NCBI RefSeq assembly: GCF_963675165.1
Contig: NC_087384.1
Coordinates: 2,561,315 to 2,625,314 of the forward strand
Length of the DNA stretch: 64,000 nucleotides
Origin: Halichondria panicea
Taxonomy: Eukaryota
Reading direction: 5' to 3'
Position 1 is the first letter of the stretch. Each line of letters opens with the position of its first letter. The notes below the pieces were generated by a model. It did not search any database. It worked only from the letters and a program-made list of their open reading frames with translations, and had not been told where the DNA came from. Position numbers and translations under genes: made by a program. Below, in pieces: positions 44,601-54,298 of this stretch.

Positions 44601-45359
44601 AAAGGCAATTAAGCTACACATCGAAGTAGTGCCAATCCTAGTAGGCTTTAAAAAATACTGAAACAGTTTTAGTGACCACACAAATGAATTTATGAACACA
44701 GAGTGACTATAGCTGTGTTATCAATCAACCTAGCTTACAATTCTTGCTCCACATTTTTCACTTTGTATTGCATTGCAGGTTTTTGTCTAGTCTAAGAGGT
44801 CATGTCAGTGCAGTGTATCAGGTCAGTAGGTCAGTCCATGTGTGTGTAAATTGCTGGTGTCATGGCAGTTATCTCTGCTGCAGATTGCTTGGTCAGCAGA
44901 CAGTCGACTTCTGTGCAGTGGCAGCTCTGACAGTACACTAAAGGTAATCTACTCAGTCTGTATGCATACACCTTACAGTCACGTTACATGTATATACTAG
45001 CTCCTAAATACATTGTAGGAAGCTGGTGTACTCATAGTGATTATTTGGGAGTGCCTTGGATTCCAGGTTCTAGTTATGCCAGGACCAGTACTTTGTTACT
45101 TGTTTAAATCCAATTTTTATATGCTCGATCTGCATAAGATAATTTCTTGGTTTAGATGTACACAGTGCAACTGTATACGTATTAATTCATAATGATGATG
45201 TAAACGTAATTATTGTACATTGTCTAGGTGTGGAATATTCGAGAGAGGAAATTACTAATGGATCTGCCCGGTCACGCAGACGAGGTGTTTTCTGTAGATT
45301 GGAGTCCTGACGGTGAGAAAGTGGCCAGCGGAGGACGTGACAAAGTACTCAAATTGTGA
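32626..45359 (+). CDS. NLE1: Notchless homolog (WD40, ribosome biogenesis), 484 aa. Twelve exons: 32626..32787, 33063..33237, 34191..34393, 34523..34620, 34749..34941, about 40534..40672, about 41119..41165, about 41203..41299, about 41574..41679, 44779..44821, 44884..44943, about 45228..45359.
   Basis: The N-terminus is MEMDEQEIKEGLSVKRILAQFKNDEGQLVGTPLDLPIDITPESLAILCNVVLQD, matching human [42 protein letters not shown]. The WD repeats are near-identical to human NLE1. Examples are [129 protein letters not shown] and LPGHADEVFSVDWSPDGEKVASGGRDK. The exon lengths sum to 1455 nt, or 485 codons, and human NLE1 is 485 aa. Confidence 0.93.
35093..35228. mobile_element. Small MITE-like element with terminal inverted repeats, in NLE1 intron 5
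   Basis: The 5' end reads ttcgaggcactaaatattcgcgg and the 3' end reads cgaagcattaaatgttcgtgcctcgaa. These are inverted complements. Confidence 0.55.
37425..37968 (+). mobile_element. MITE-like TIR element, family copy A, in NLE1 intron 5
   Basis: The start reads taatgaaagcaccgcgggtgctgatgcctcggtggaggtgcc. The end reads cctcgcttgcgcatgcgcaccgaggcataattat. The termini are inverted (cctcggtg and caccgagg). Internal spurious ORFs are 36892..37242 and 37297..37662. Confidence 0.8.
38090..40158 (-). CDS. Uncharacterised protein, at least about 600 aa, nested antisense in NLE1 intron 5. It has a death-fold-like helical N-terminal domain, an acidic Ser/Asp tract, a central domain of unknown family, and C-terminal glycine-zipper transmembrane helices. 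Exons resolved: 38613..40158 and 38090..38326. The 3' terminal exon is unresolved.
   Basis: A 523-codon ORF occupies 38602..40173; the first ATG is at about 40158. The N-terminal domain is HKALERSYDKLVKGIQQSPGGIRTALTPLGIWSQEDVSYLSNESHDRIEHAKRIVDVMMNKVKIDSSIYTDIINILEEE. The acidic tract is PPDTDSSDSSDDSDCDESDSGDDSDN. A transmembrane region is GAAIGNIAGPT...AATGLVLGIIFGASLGYIVLALFEMVFSLLTAIF. The donor ATCG|gtgagt at 38613 leads to the acceptor acacag| at 38326. That next exon encodes ...LLGAAFAALQHENPDTSFPVCLMFISLVCGALIGILIGTILSTIFKYSFQALG and ends with the donor G|gtaagt. Confidence 0.65.
43170..44252 (-). CDS. Uncharacterised multi-pass membrane protein, 360 aa, single exon, nested antisense in NLE1 intron 9
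   Basis: An ATG-initiated ORF. It has predicted transmembrane helices (LPLATLYAAFGMVLYLSIAFIYPIYITY, LSWLALMLRLNAFTLLMSSLLALW, LIAIIIQQSPVIILLVAAALSMAFV and FIEAFGIASIFVLVVATPW). A Cys-containing loop reads ECDDKKICFIGTTDATRGWQRTPITSCDNVTETDRIICF. The C-terminal tail is acidic. Confidence 0.6.
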   Translation of the reverse strand: MEPSYILLTLELLDVLPLATLYAAFGMVLYLSIAFIYPIYITYRVTCGQRRHKAPKEKNKEKPNTKVRRINQWIAEKVNTIVFTLYGESDKNITAFLKKESQYGVKEMDDNWRQTQLSWLALMLRLNAFTLLMSSLLALWERFLIERTIECDDKKICFIGTTDATRGWQRTPITSCDNVTETDRIICFEFVYSVGDAVGLAGGTLTYGIYTMKFGGMIILACYKVLKRCCNQRAYRLIAIIIQQSPVIILLVAAALSMAFVRYRDFAVYGTFIEAFGIASIFVLVVATPWSVLVNDEDEKKPDVEGTKEKEGDDSKQEHNQDSQIEKHRSYEDLVVKVVELNLSDSETENKNDTTSETPV

Positions 45360-45614
45360 GTACCTGTTTACATTTACGATTGTGCAATAACTACGTATTA
45401 ATTACTGCAAAGTTTTACAAGCATCAAACGTATATAAACTTTCAGGTTCTAAATTCATTGGCTTCGTAAAAGTTAAATTGTGTACCAATACATGTACAGT
45501 ACTTGTATGAAGAGTGTTCTGAGTGTATCGCAGATCATGTACACACAAAAATAGATACTTTAATTATGCACTTAATTCTTACTGATGATTGACAGTGTAC
45601 ATGTAGGTATTACC

Positions 45615-45955
45615 TAGTCGGGCATCGCCGCCCTCGACCGTTGCACGGAAGGACATTATAGGGAATCAAACCTATCGAAAGTGTTGTTCTGTGGAATTCC
45701 ACCAGCTCCAATCAGATTGCAGTGTCTCAAGTGGATTGATCACACCTACTCAACTTTACCACGTGTGAATTTTGCACATGCTAGAGACGTGGTCAACCAC
45801 CCGCTTTAATAAATGATATTCATTGCTATTGGCTATAGCACCCACTTAGAATGAATGATTTCATGGTACTATTGCGCAACAGGCCAAAACAAAACTATGG
45901 GTGGCCTGATTCCTAACCTCCTTCCGTGCAATGATCGAGGGCGGCGACGCCCGAC
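45615..45955. mobile_element. MITE-like element with TIRs of about 37 bp, just downstream of the NLE1 stop
   Basis: gtcgggcatcgccgccctcgaccgttgcacggaagga lies near 45618. Its inverted complement tccttccgtgcaatgatcgagggcggcgacgcccgac lies near 45919. Confidence 0.75.
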
Positions 45956-46407
45956 ATTTTAGGCAAGCCCTACTCTGCACTTCATGTAATTAATGACAAA
46001 ACCTGACTTTCTCCTCATCTCTATCAATTTTGTACACACGCAGATGGAGAAGATGATGCATTTAATGTCCGAACTGCTGACAGTGTACGTCTTATTATGT
46101 ATAATTGTGTTCATTTTTAAGATAATTTCTCACTTTATGACTTGTATGTTTATTTACATGAAGTGTACCAAATTATGCAGTATGTAAAAGGGCTCGTACC
46201 TCGATCATGGTGTTCTTGTAGCATGTGCATTCTAAGTTGTACCATCCCATTTCATCTAATTGTATGCATTTTTGTAATTCCTAGAGCTAACATGTGTTCA
46301 ACACCCAATACGTGCAAATACATGCAGTGTGTACCAGATACATACAGCAGCATCATCATTATTGCCATTTTGATACATGTATGTTAACATGCATGATTAC
46401 ATGTATG

Positions 46408-46560
46408 TACTGCCCTTGCAGCTCACTTGGAAGTTTGGGGCAAATAGTAAATTCCAAAAAACCCACTTGAGAAAACCCACTTGAGATATAAGTGTAACAG
46501 TTTACATAAACCACAATACTATAGATAAATTTTGGAACAATAGACCAGATCTTTATGTGG
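46408..46560 (+). repeat. Short interspersed repeat of about 150 bp. Further copies lie at 48296..48440 (plus strand), 48470..48580 (partial) and 48825..48970 (minus strand).
   Basis: The shared core is gcagctcacttggaagtttggggcaaatagtaaattccaaaaaacccacttgag...ataagtgtaacagtttacata...ccacaatactatag...ccagatctttatg. Confidence 0.7.
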
Positions 46561-46606
46561 ATATAATACATCTATCTATACCTACGGTATTCATTCATTT
46601 CATTGC

Positions 46607-47611
46607 TCAAGCTATAACTTCAAGCATTTTAATATCTTTGGTGGTAGCCTTCACAGCCTTAGAGTTGCGTTTTTGGCAGATAAAGTAAATAGGAGAGACG
46701 ATAGCGATCAGAGTAAATGTGATTGTGGTGAATCCAATCCTTGTACTAGCATTGGCTGCCCTGTTGCAATTCATGGTGTTGATTGTCCTATTAGCAGCAA
46801 AGGAGTCGCAGCCAAAAGCACAATCTAGCGGTTGATGGTTGTCTGCTAATATGTACATTGGGAAACTGATTATCATGACAACCAGACCAGCTGTAACCAA
46901 GCCAGTAAACATTCTGTCTTTGTCCTTGTTGGAATACAACGCATACAGCCAGTAGATTATTTCGGCAACGATGCCAATGAACATGCAGGCAATAATGAAA
47001 GATACACTTGTAGCAATGTCGGACCTGCTACAAAATTCAGGTGACTCGACCATCACTACAACAGCAGAGAAGAGTGTGTCCATTTTCACCAACACCGTAA
47101 CCATGTCAATAGCAGCTAACCAATTTGGATAAGAGTCCTTCTGTGATTTTCCTTTCGTTATTTTTATAAGCTTGTGTATCAAAGAAGGTACAAGTTGGAA
47201 GATGATTAGAGCCATTCCGAGGGAAAACGAAGCAGCAATGCGGTTGCTAGTAACACAGTCTTCGTTACAACCAAGTTCCGGCCCGTACTGTCCAAGAATG
47301 TATGTAATGTTGTCGCCGTAAAAATAAAGCAATGCTCCAAGAGTTTGAATAGCTGAGACTATAAAGCTCGAATAATGATGCTTGTATACACACAAGTAGA
47401 TGAAGTGACCACAAGCGAGTGTGCCAAAGAAAAGTACAGCGACGAGTCCAAACATAATCACTGCTACGAGAGCACTTGTTTCTTGATCACTATTGGAAAC
47501 GATGATGATCTCTCGAATGATTGTGTTGAGCATGTCGGCAAGAAGGATGATGACAAAGAGGCCTCTGCTCTCAGGAATCTGTTTAGACTGCACGCGTGAG
47601 TGAACACACAC
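46607..47611 (-). CDS. Uncharacterised multi-pass membrane protein, 334 aa or fewer, with short Cys-containing extracellular loops
   Basis: The ORF has five or more hydrophobic helices (SALVAVIMFGLVAVLFFGTLA, FSLGMALIIFQLVPSLI, VSFIIACMFIGIVAEIIYWLYALY, GLVTAGLVVMIISFPMYIL and GFTTITFTLIAIVSPIYFI). The loops read GPELGCNEDCVTSN and LDCAFGCDSFAANRTINTMNCNRA. The start may be an internal Met (MLNTIIREIII). Confidence 0.55.
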   Translation of the reverse strand: MCVHSRVQSKQIPESRGLFVIILLADMLNTIIREIIIVSNSDQETSALVAVIMFGLVAVLFFGTLACGHFIYLCVYKHHYSSFIVSAIQTLGALLYFYGDNITYILGQYGPELGCNEDCVTSNRIAASFSLGMALIIFQLVPSLIHKLIKITKGKSQKDSYPNWLAAIDMVTVLVKMDTLFSAVVVMVESPEFCSRSDIATSVSFIIACMFIGIVAEIIYWLYALYSNKDKDRMFTGLVTAGLVVMIISFPMYILADNHQPLDCAFGCDSFAANRTINTMNCNRAANASTRIGFTTITFTLIAIVSPIYFICQKRNSKAVKATTKDIKMLEVIA

Positions 47612-47841
47612 ATAATTGTCAGGCTAGACTATTATTAATTGGTGTTATGCACCTATGACCATGCAGTCTTAAGGTTACGGTCAACCGTTTGCTCATTAAT
47701 TATTCATGAGCTAGATCTAGTGATCTTTTCCAGCTAGAATGAGCTGGAAGTCCAGCTGAAACGCAGTAGTCATTTTATGGCTCGAATAGACATTTTTACT
47801 ATAAAGCTTAGGTACAGTCTACTGTAGCTTCACTATATGCA

Positions 47842-47996
47842 GGGCGGGTCGAAGAGATATTTCGAAAAAAAGGCTACTGAAAGCTCACAAGAGGCTGTTT
47901 TCCTTGGCTCTGGCCGCCATTTTAAGTGGAGTTAGTCTACATATTATTATTTTGTGAGAGTTTGTTGGCCTGGAAAGAAAAAAACGCTTCGACCCG
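47842..47996. mobile_element. Small MITE-like foldback with TIRs gggcgggtcgaag and cttcgacccgccc
   Basis: gcagggcgggtcgaagagatatttcg ... aaaaacgcttcgacccgccctcc. Confidence 0.5.
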
Positions 47997-49624
47997 CCCT
48001 CCAGAATGGTAAGAAGCATCATATAAGAGCAAGAACACAGAGCTAGAAGTGTTTTTGGAAGTTTAAAATGACTACTAGTTTTGTGGTGTTTCTAGTAACT
48101 TGATGATCGCTCAGAGCTTCCACTGGAAAATATTTTGAAGACTGATACTTGTCATACAGGATGATACACAATATATTTATCATGTGTGTGCTTCAAATTT
48201 TTATCATGGCATTTATAGTTTCACAAAAATCATTATAAGAAAAATCATGAATATTCATGAGCAAACTGTTTACCCGCAACCTTAAATAATAGTTGTACTG
48301 CCCTTTGCAGCTCACTTCGAAGTTTAGGGCAAATAGTAAATTGCAAAAAACCACTTGAGATAAGTGTAACAGTTTACATAAGTAAACCACAATACTATAG
48401 AGCAAGGGACCAAGTTTGGAATACACCAGATCTTTATGTTTTGTTGTTGTAGTTTTTCACGCTATTTGTTGTAGCTCACGTAAGCTCACATGAAGTTTAG
48501 GCAAATCGTATACTATTACAAAAAACCACTTGAGGTAAGTGTAACAGTTTACAGCTAATTTAAAACCACAACTTGGCCAAATCTCTATCTCTATAAGTAC
48601 TAAGTTTGGGCTGTAGAAGTAGCTTGATTACGACATAAACTGCCTGTTCGTCTAGCTATTTTTATTGTTGACTGAGAAACAGCCTGCTGCTGAACCAGTC
48701 TCCAATTCTCTGCCACAATGACATAGTACGCCACTTAACTCCTCTTGATAAGGATTAGTTTTTCATGGTTACCCAACTAGTAGTTTATGCTGAATACTGT
48801 ACTAGGTATAGCTAGATCTATATATCCACATAAAGATCTTTTCCAAATTTAAACTTGGTCCCTTGCTCTATAGTATTGTGGTTTACTTGTGTAAACTGTT
48901 ACACTTATCTCAAGTGGTTTTTTGCAATTTACTATTTGCTCCAAACTTTCAAGTGAGCTGCAAAGGGCAGTATAACTATACCTATACATTTTAATATTAG
49001 ATCTAATGTTGGACTTACTCCTCCATATGGTGTTCCCTGAAACATATACCATTGCAGATGTACATGTGGGAAGAAACAACAATCATGCATTATGAATTTA
49101 ACATGACTATATAATTATATAATTATAGCTATGGCATTTGCACTTACCACTTCCATTTTATAAGGTATAATTATGTTGATTATGATGTATGGTAGACCAG
49201 CTAGCTATAGACTTTTACAGTATCTATGGTGTCATGAGAGCCACACCCAATTAACTACAATAATTATGTGTCATGAATCTCTACTAGTGTTCAAAACAAA
49301 CAACAGAACAAAAAAGGATATGAGCTAGAGCTAGACTAGACTGACAAAAACTAAACTGTACGACGCGACGGACTAGACTAGAACTAGATTTACCACGCAG
49401 CATTTCTCTGTTTGACAACAGTTTCAATGAAGTCAAGATGGCTAGCATAAAGGTTCAGTTTGCTGCTGGCTTCCATCCAGCAGACATCCCCAGCATCATC
49501 CCCAGCCTTCAGCTTAATCTTGTTGAATGTACTACCTGTGAGGAGGAGGGAGGATCATCACATGGCACCACTACTATCATTATATCCACATATAATTATA
49601 GTAGCGCTATAGGATTGAGGTACG

Positions 49625-49745
49625 ACAGGCGCGGTGCAGCTCAAGCAATTAGCCTTTGATTGAGCAATAATTATCCGCCCACGTCATATGTTTTTGCTGA
49701 GTGTAAGCAGCGGCTAATTGCTTGAGCTGCACCGCGCCTGTCGGA
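49625..49745. repeat. Perfect 32-bp inverted repeat (hairpin) with a loop of about 60 bp
   Basis: cgacaggcgcggtgcagctcaagcaattagcc ... ggctaattgcttgagctgcaccgcgcctgtcg. Confidence 0.85.
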
Positions 49746-50126
49746 CCTCCTCTGGGATTGAGCACACTGCAAACCTATAATAATTATAGGCTTTTCGATT
49801 TGTCGATTAGTTTATGCACACAGCTAAGGCGGTATAAATATTGTATAATTATGTGATGGTCTTGTAGTATTCTATTGAACAATATAGAACAAGGGGACTG
49901 AGTTTTTATTAGGTTTGAGCATTGTACATATACATGCAATCACAATCACTCTGACTATAGTTAGAGGGATTGGAAACAAAGGGACCTTTGAGCTTTGAGT
50001 AACATCTGCGCTACACTGCGGTTTAATCGAGGCCATCACAACAATACCTATTTCTACACACAGAAACCACGCTTGTGCAACTCACTCCGTGCTCATTTAT
50101 ATTTCAAGGTCTAGCGTAGTAGTTCT

Positions 50127-50565
50127 GCCTCGGTGCGCATACGCAAGCGAGGTATACGGTAATGTGTCTGTTTGCGTAGACTGCTATATACAGCTACTAA
50201 AGGATCAATGAAGTGCAAGTAAGAGCTTCTATTCATGTTTTCTTGGATTTTAATTCGTGGATTTGTAAAGTAATGCTTTGTTCTCTGGTTATGGCTACTT
50301 GGAGTGTTGCTACGCTACTCTACTTAGTAGTTATAGCTCTGCACTAGAATGCTATATAGCTGCAAGAGTGAAGAGAGCACTAATGCAGCAGCCATTAATT
50401 TTAGACTTTCATCATCAATCATGGTCGATCATTTCCCACTCTTTTACAGAGTAGCCTGCTATAAAGAGCCCTTGCCCGCAAGAACATTATGATGTGTGTA
50501 TTAGCAAGCAGCTTTACATATCCACCGAGGCACCAGCACCCGCGGTACTTTCATTATTCACGTGG
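50127..50565 (-). mobile_element. MITE-like TIR element, family copy C, internally shortened. It overlaps the 3' end of the NUDT9-like gene.
   Basis: gcctcggtgcgcatacgcaagcgaggtatacggtaatgtgt lies near 50127. atccaccgaggcaccagcacccgcggtactttcattattca lies near 50521. It is homologous to copies A, B and D. Confidence 0.75.
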
Positions 50566-50758
50566 CTCACAGACTGGGCATGTTATAAATTGCTGAAAGA
50601 GAATGTCTCGAGGAAACATAATTTCTTATTTTGAGGGAGTTACCCGGAAAAATAGGGCGTAACACGGATAGTTTTCGAGGCTCCATTGCAGATTCAATGT
50701 AAAAGCATCACGTGCACGAATCCCCCTAACTCGTCAATCTATATATGCTCTGACCCAC

Positions 50759-53700
50759 CAGTTTCATCATGGAAGTTCATAGCTACCGTCTCCATCCACG
50801 AGTTGTCGGTATTTCGGATGTCGTCCACATACCCTGAGTACACCTGCAACAATGGGATACAAATAGTACCATTGTGTAGCACAGATAACATTTTATTGCA
50901 GGGCAAAGAATACATGAAGTTGGCAAGACTAGTACGTACCCATTAGTGCCATTTTAAGCACCCCTCACTTTTAAGTACAGTAGCCTTACAAAAGAATACA
51001 TGACCTTGGCAAGACTAGTACGTACCCATCAGTGCCATTTTAAGCACCCCTCACTTTTAAGTACAGTAGCCTCACAATACACAGGTGCTGAGATTGTGAA
51101 TTACCTCATCTCCTGCTTTGAATAGATCGTTAACATGAGCCTCGATTTCCTTTTTCTCTTCTTCAGTTGCCTCCAAACTGTTCATGGCTTCCTCACCAAA
51201 CTCCTTCCTCAGTGTGCGGGAGACAGTGTCACCAGGGTCAATCATGCCCTGGTTAATGTACATGGACATGATAGTATCCCTCAGGGGTTAAATATTAAGC
51301 GGATGGTTGACAAGGTGCAAGTAGGAAATTTACTTGCTCCAAGCGGGTGGCAGAACATTTCAAGCGGGTGACAATTAATCGGCTAACCCGCACTGAAACG
51401 CATACTGTAAACACAGTCAAGTTAGAAACCCACTTACACCTGGGATGGCCCAGTCACGTGTGTCGTTCCTCATAATGGCCACAAACTCGAGCACTGGTTT
51501 CCCTTCCATCATTGTCTTGGCACCATCCTCTCCCCTCTTCCAGCGGGAAACTATCGGATCAACAGCATGGTTCGGACCCCACCTGCCCAGCAAACCACGC
51601 CCACACATGCCTGTCCGTCCAATGGGATTTCTGGGGGAGGAAGATATTTGGGGGAATTTGGCCCTTTGTAATCATACCATATAACATAGTGTACATGAAA
51701 ATCGACACACACTTATCGGTGTCCCACTTGACTAAATTGACGAACGCTTTCGTGCCATGGTTTTTAGTAAAACCGTTGTCCCAGATTAATGCTCTCACGT
51801 CACTGCAGCAGGAGTACATAACGTACTCCTGCTGCAGCTTAATACTTAATTACCACGTGGTATCAAGCTGAAAGAGCCGAATATTGTGGCCAGTATTATG
51901 ATCGACTCAAAGTCAAGCACTAGCAGCAGGTTGGAGCATAATCACTGGCAATCTGTCATTATGCATGCATGTGCAAGGCTGCAGTAACACGCAGCACATG
52001 GACATTAATATGGACAACGATTTAGTAAAACATGATACTGATGTACTGAAATGAATTTTAAGTGAATTTTTATGTGCATTAAACTTGTGGTGTTTTGACA
52101 CAAACGGCACCCCATAAGAAACAAGTCACTGTACGATGAACTATATATTATTATACACTCGAATTTTAGATGAACCGTTTGATTTATTAACAGCGCCAAC
52201 TGCCAACTTGACTGAACGCAATTTTTTAGGTCCTAACAAGTACCAACGGTTACTGTATTTTATTTTTTATGGCACTTATTTTTATTTTTAGCCTAAAACA
52301 GTACTACGTGCATGCATTTGATACATAATTGCTATAATGTCTAGCTGCAACATACAAAGACCAAAAATCAAACAGTAGAATGAGTACATCCACCTGAGTA
52401 TATACTAAGAGACTGCACTGGACACTGCACTAGCTGTAGTGCATAAGCGCCACCATAATTTAAACGTTAGCTCAGATTGAAAACAAATTTTGGGGTTCTA
52501 AAAGTGCACCACTCCGAAGTACAAACATTTTTTTCTGGCGCTGTAATTACATAAACTACATCTACGGCTTAATTATGGTATTTGGGTCGTACCTTGGAAG
52601 TCCATTCACAATTTCATATGTCCCTGAATAGCTTTTTCGGTCCACGTTACCGTCAAGCTCATTGTATTTTGGAGGGGTGTCAGGAGTCACTTTCCTGCAA
52701 CAAACACATGACTGTAACTCTAATCATAGATAAACAAAAGAAAGGGATAGGCAACGCCCAGCACTTCCGTTGGATGAGGCGAGTTGCGTTTAATGAGTAA
52801 AAAGGGGTGTGTGCACTCAGTAAAAGATGTTATAGTTGGTAGCTCTTGAGGAGACATCAGATACACTTAGACATAGGCTATTACCGTATAGCGGGTAATT
52901 TTCGGGGGACAAAATATTCGTGGTTCAGCAATATTGAGACATTTTGTGGGTACTATTTTTGTGGTTCCTGCTTGGATTGTAGGTAAAGGTAGGCAAGGGT
53001 CGCTTCTTCGTAGGTAAAATATTCGTGGTCAGACATTCAACCACGAAAACCACGAATAGTTTGCCCCACGAAAATTACCCGCTATACGGTAATCTTTTAG
53101 AGCAGCTTATGCAAAGTGATGAGGAAGTGAGCTCCAAAGGGGTGTCAGTACTCTCTACAAACCATAACAGGTCTGTTCCCAAGCCCTTCAAATACCATCT
53201 CTTCGATCACACAATACAGTAGAGCAGGAGAGGTACGCAAACTTTCTGGACTTCGGACAACCTTTCATGGTGCTGCCACTACTTCACTGCATTGAGAGCT
53301 GGCAAACATGCTTTGTTCCATGCAGTTCTAAACACGCTTTAATTCTGTGAAACGTACATGATTTCATATTGGAGATGGAGGTACACGAACCGGAAATTTG
53401 GTGTTTTTTCACACAAATCAAGCTGAATAAAAGAAAGCTCGGCACTAACATAGCAACTGTAGATATCAGTAGTGCTGGGTGTATGTGTGCATGATGTCCG
53501 ATTGCTTTGAATTTCTCTTTTAGGCCCCCTACAAGCAGATATAGGGATCATTGTGTACTTTCTTGAGCGCAACTCGCCTCCAACCAGAGGGTATGACATC
53601 ACACACTGCATTTACCTAGCATCACGTGGGGCGTTGGCTATCCCTTTCTTTCGTTTATCTATGCTTTAAAATTACCACTTAAACAGGCGATAAAGGGACA

Positions 53701-54045
53701 ACTGGGAAAAGAAAGCGATATTCATCTGCATCGGATTTTGTAGCTACTTAAAATTAATCTTTTGGAAAACACCAGAATGCACCTGAAATCCAGGTCCGCC
53801 CACACAGGGCCCCTGAGCACAGCAGGGTGGGTGTGATCCACAGGCTGGTATTCAGGCCAGTCCACAGACCATGAAACTTTGTCCTCAGGCACTGGAAACC
53901 GCTTCACTCCGTCTTGATAGTTGAACAGACGACAGTTGTTGACTTTAGCCATGTGCCTGACTGCAATGAGAGGTCCTGTGATGCTCGAGATACGAGACAA
54001 AAAAGACATGCAACTTTGGCTGGCAGAGAGGTAGTGGTCGTCCAC
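50759..54045 (-). CDS. NUDT9: NUDT9-like ADP-ribose pyrophosphatase (Nudix hydrolase). Exons on the minus strand: 53783..54045, 52593..52694, 51438..51630, 51105..51248, 50759..50843. The terminal exon or exons are unresolved (a candidate starts at about 50624).
   Basis: The first exon encodes [39 protein letters not shown], matching human NUDT9 [38 protein letters not shown]. Next is [66 protein letters not shown]...[19 protein letters not shown]. The Nudix box exon is [48 protein letters not shown]. The last resolved exon is [28 protein letters not shown]. All are colinear with human NUDT9. Confidence 0.85.
50925..51070. repeat. Tandem duplication, two copies of about 72 bp
   Basis: ggcaagactagtacgtacccat[t/c]agtgccattttaagcacccctcacttttaagtacagtagcct[t/c]acaa repeated head-to-tail. 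Confidence 0.75.
52884..53096. mobile_element. Foldback or MITE-like element with long terminal inverted repeats, in a NUDT9 intron
   Basis: attaccgtatagcgggtaattttcgggggacaaaatattcgtgg ... ccacgaatagtttgccccacgaaaattacccgctatacggtaat. A related solo end lies at about 36590..36680. Confidence 0.7.
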
Positions 54046-54298
54046 TGCACTGATAACATCTATGACATGGATCAGGGTCTGAGTTTTGTAAGGGGGTGGG
54101 GCTCATAATAATTAACTAATAGTGAGCTAGCTAGCTGCTATACTGCAGGCTGTTTTTATGTTATTGTGGTGCAATAACAAGACCAGGATCGCAAAATGAC
54201 TGACAGCAAGCATTATCTCTTAGAGGAATCTGATGAATCTACTGTAAGGGATCATTAATAATTAATTAATCCACCCACTGCACTCACAAACAAATACT
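54046..54298. promoter_or_regulatory. Putative bidirectional promoter between the divergent NUDT9-like gene and the RH2 coiled-coil gene start codons, about 250 bp
   Basis: The two ATGs are head-to-head. This is inferred from gene arrangement only. Confidence 0.35.

Noticed and set aside
49438-49659. ATG-initiated ORF MASIKVQFAAGFHPADIPSIIPSLQLNLVECTT... as a possible first exon of a plus-strand gene
   Set aside because: It has no homology and no downstream exons. The downstream region is taken up by a hairpin repeat, MITE copy C and the minus-strand NUDT9-like 3' end. I kept it only as a remote possibility.
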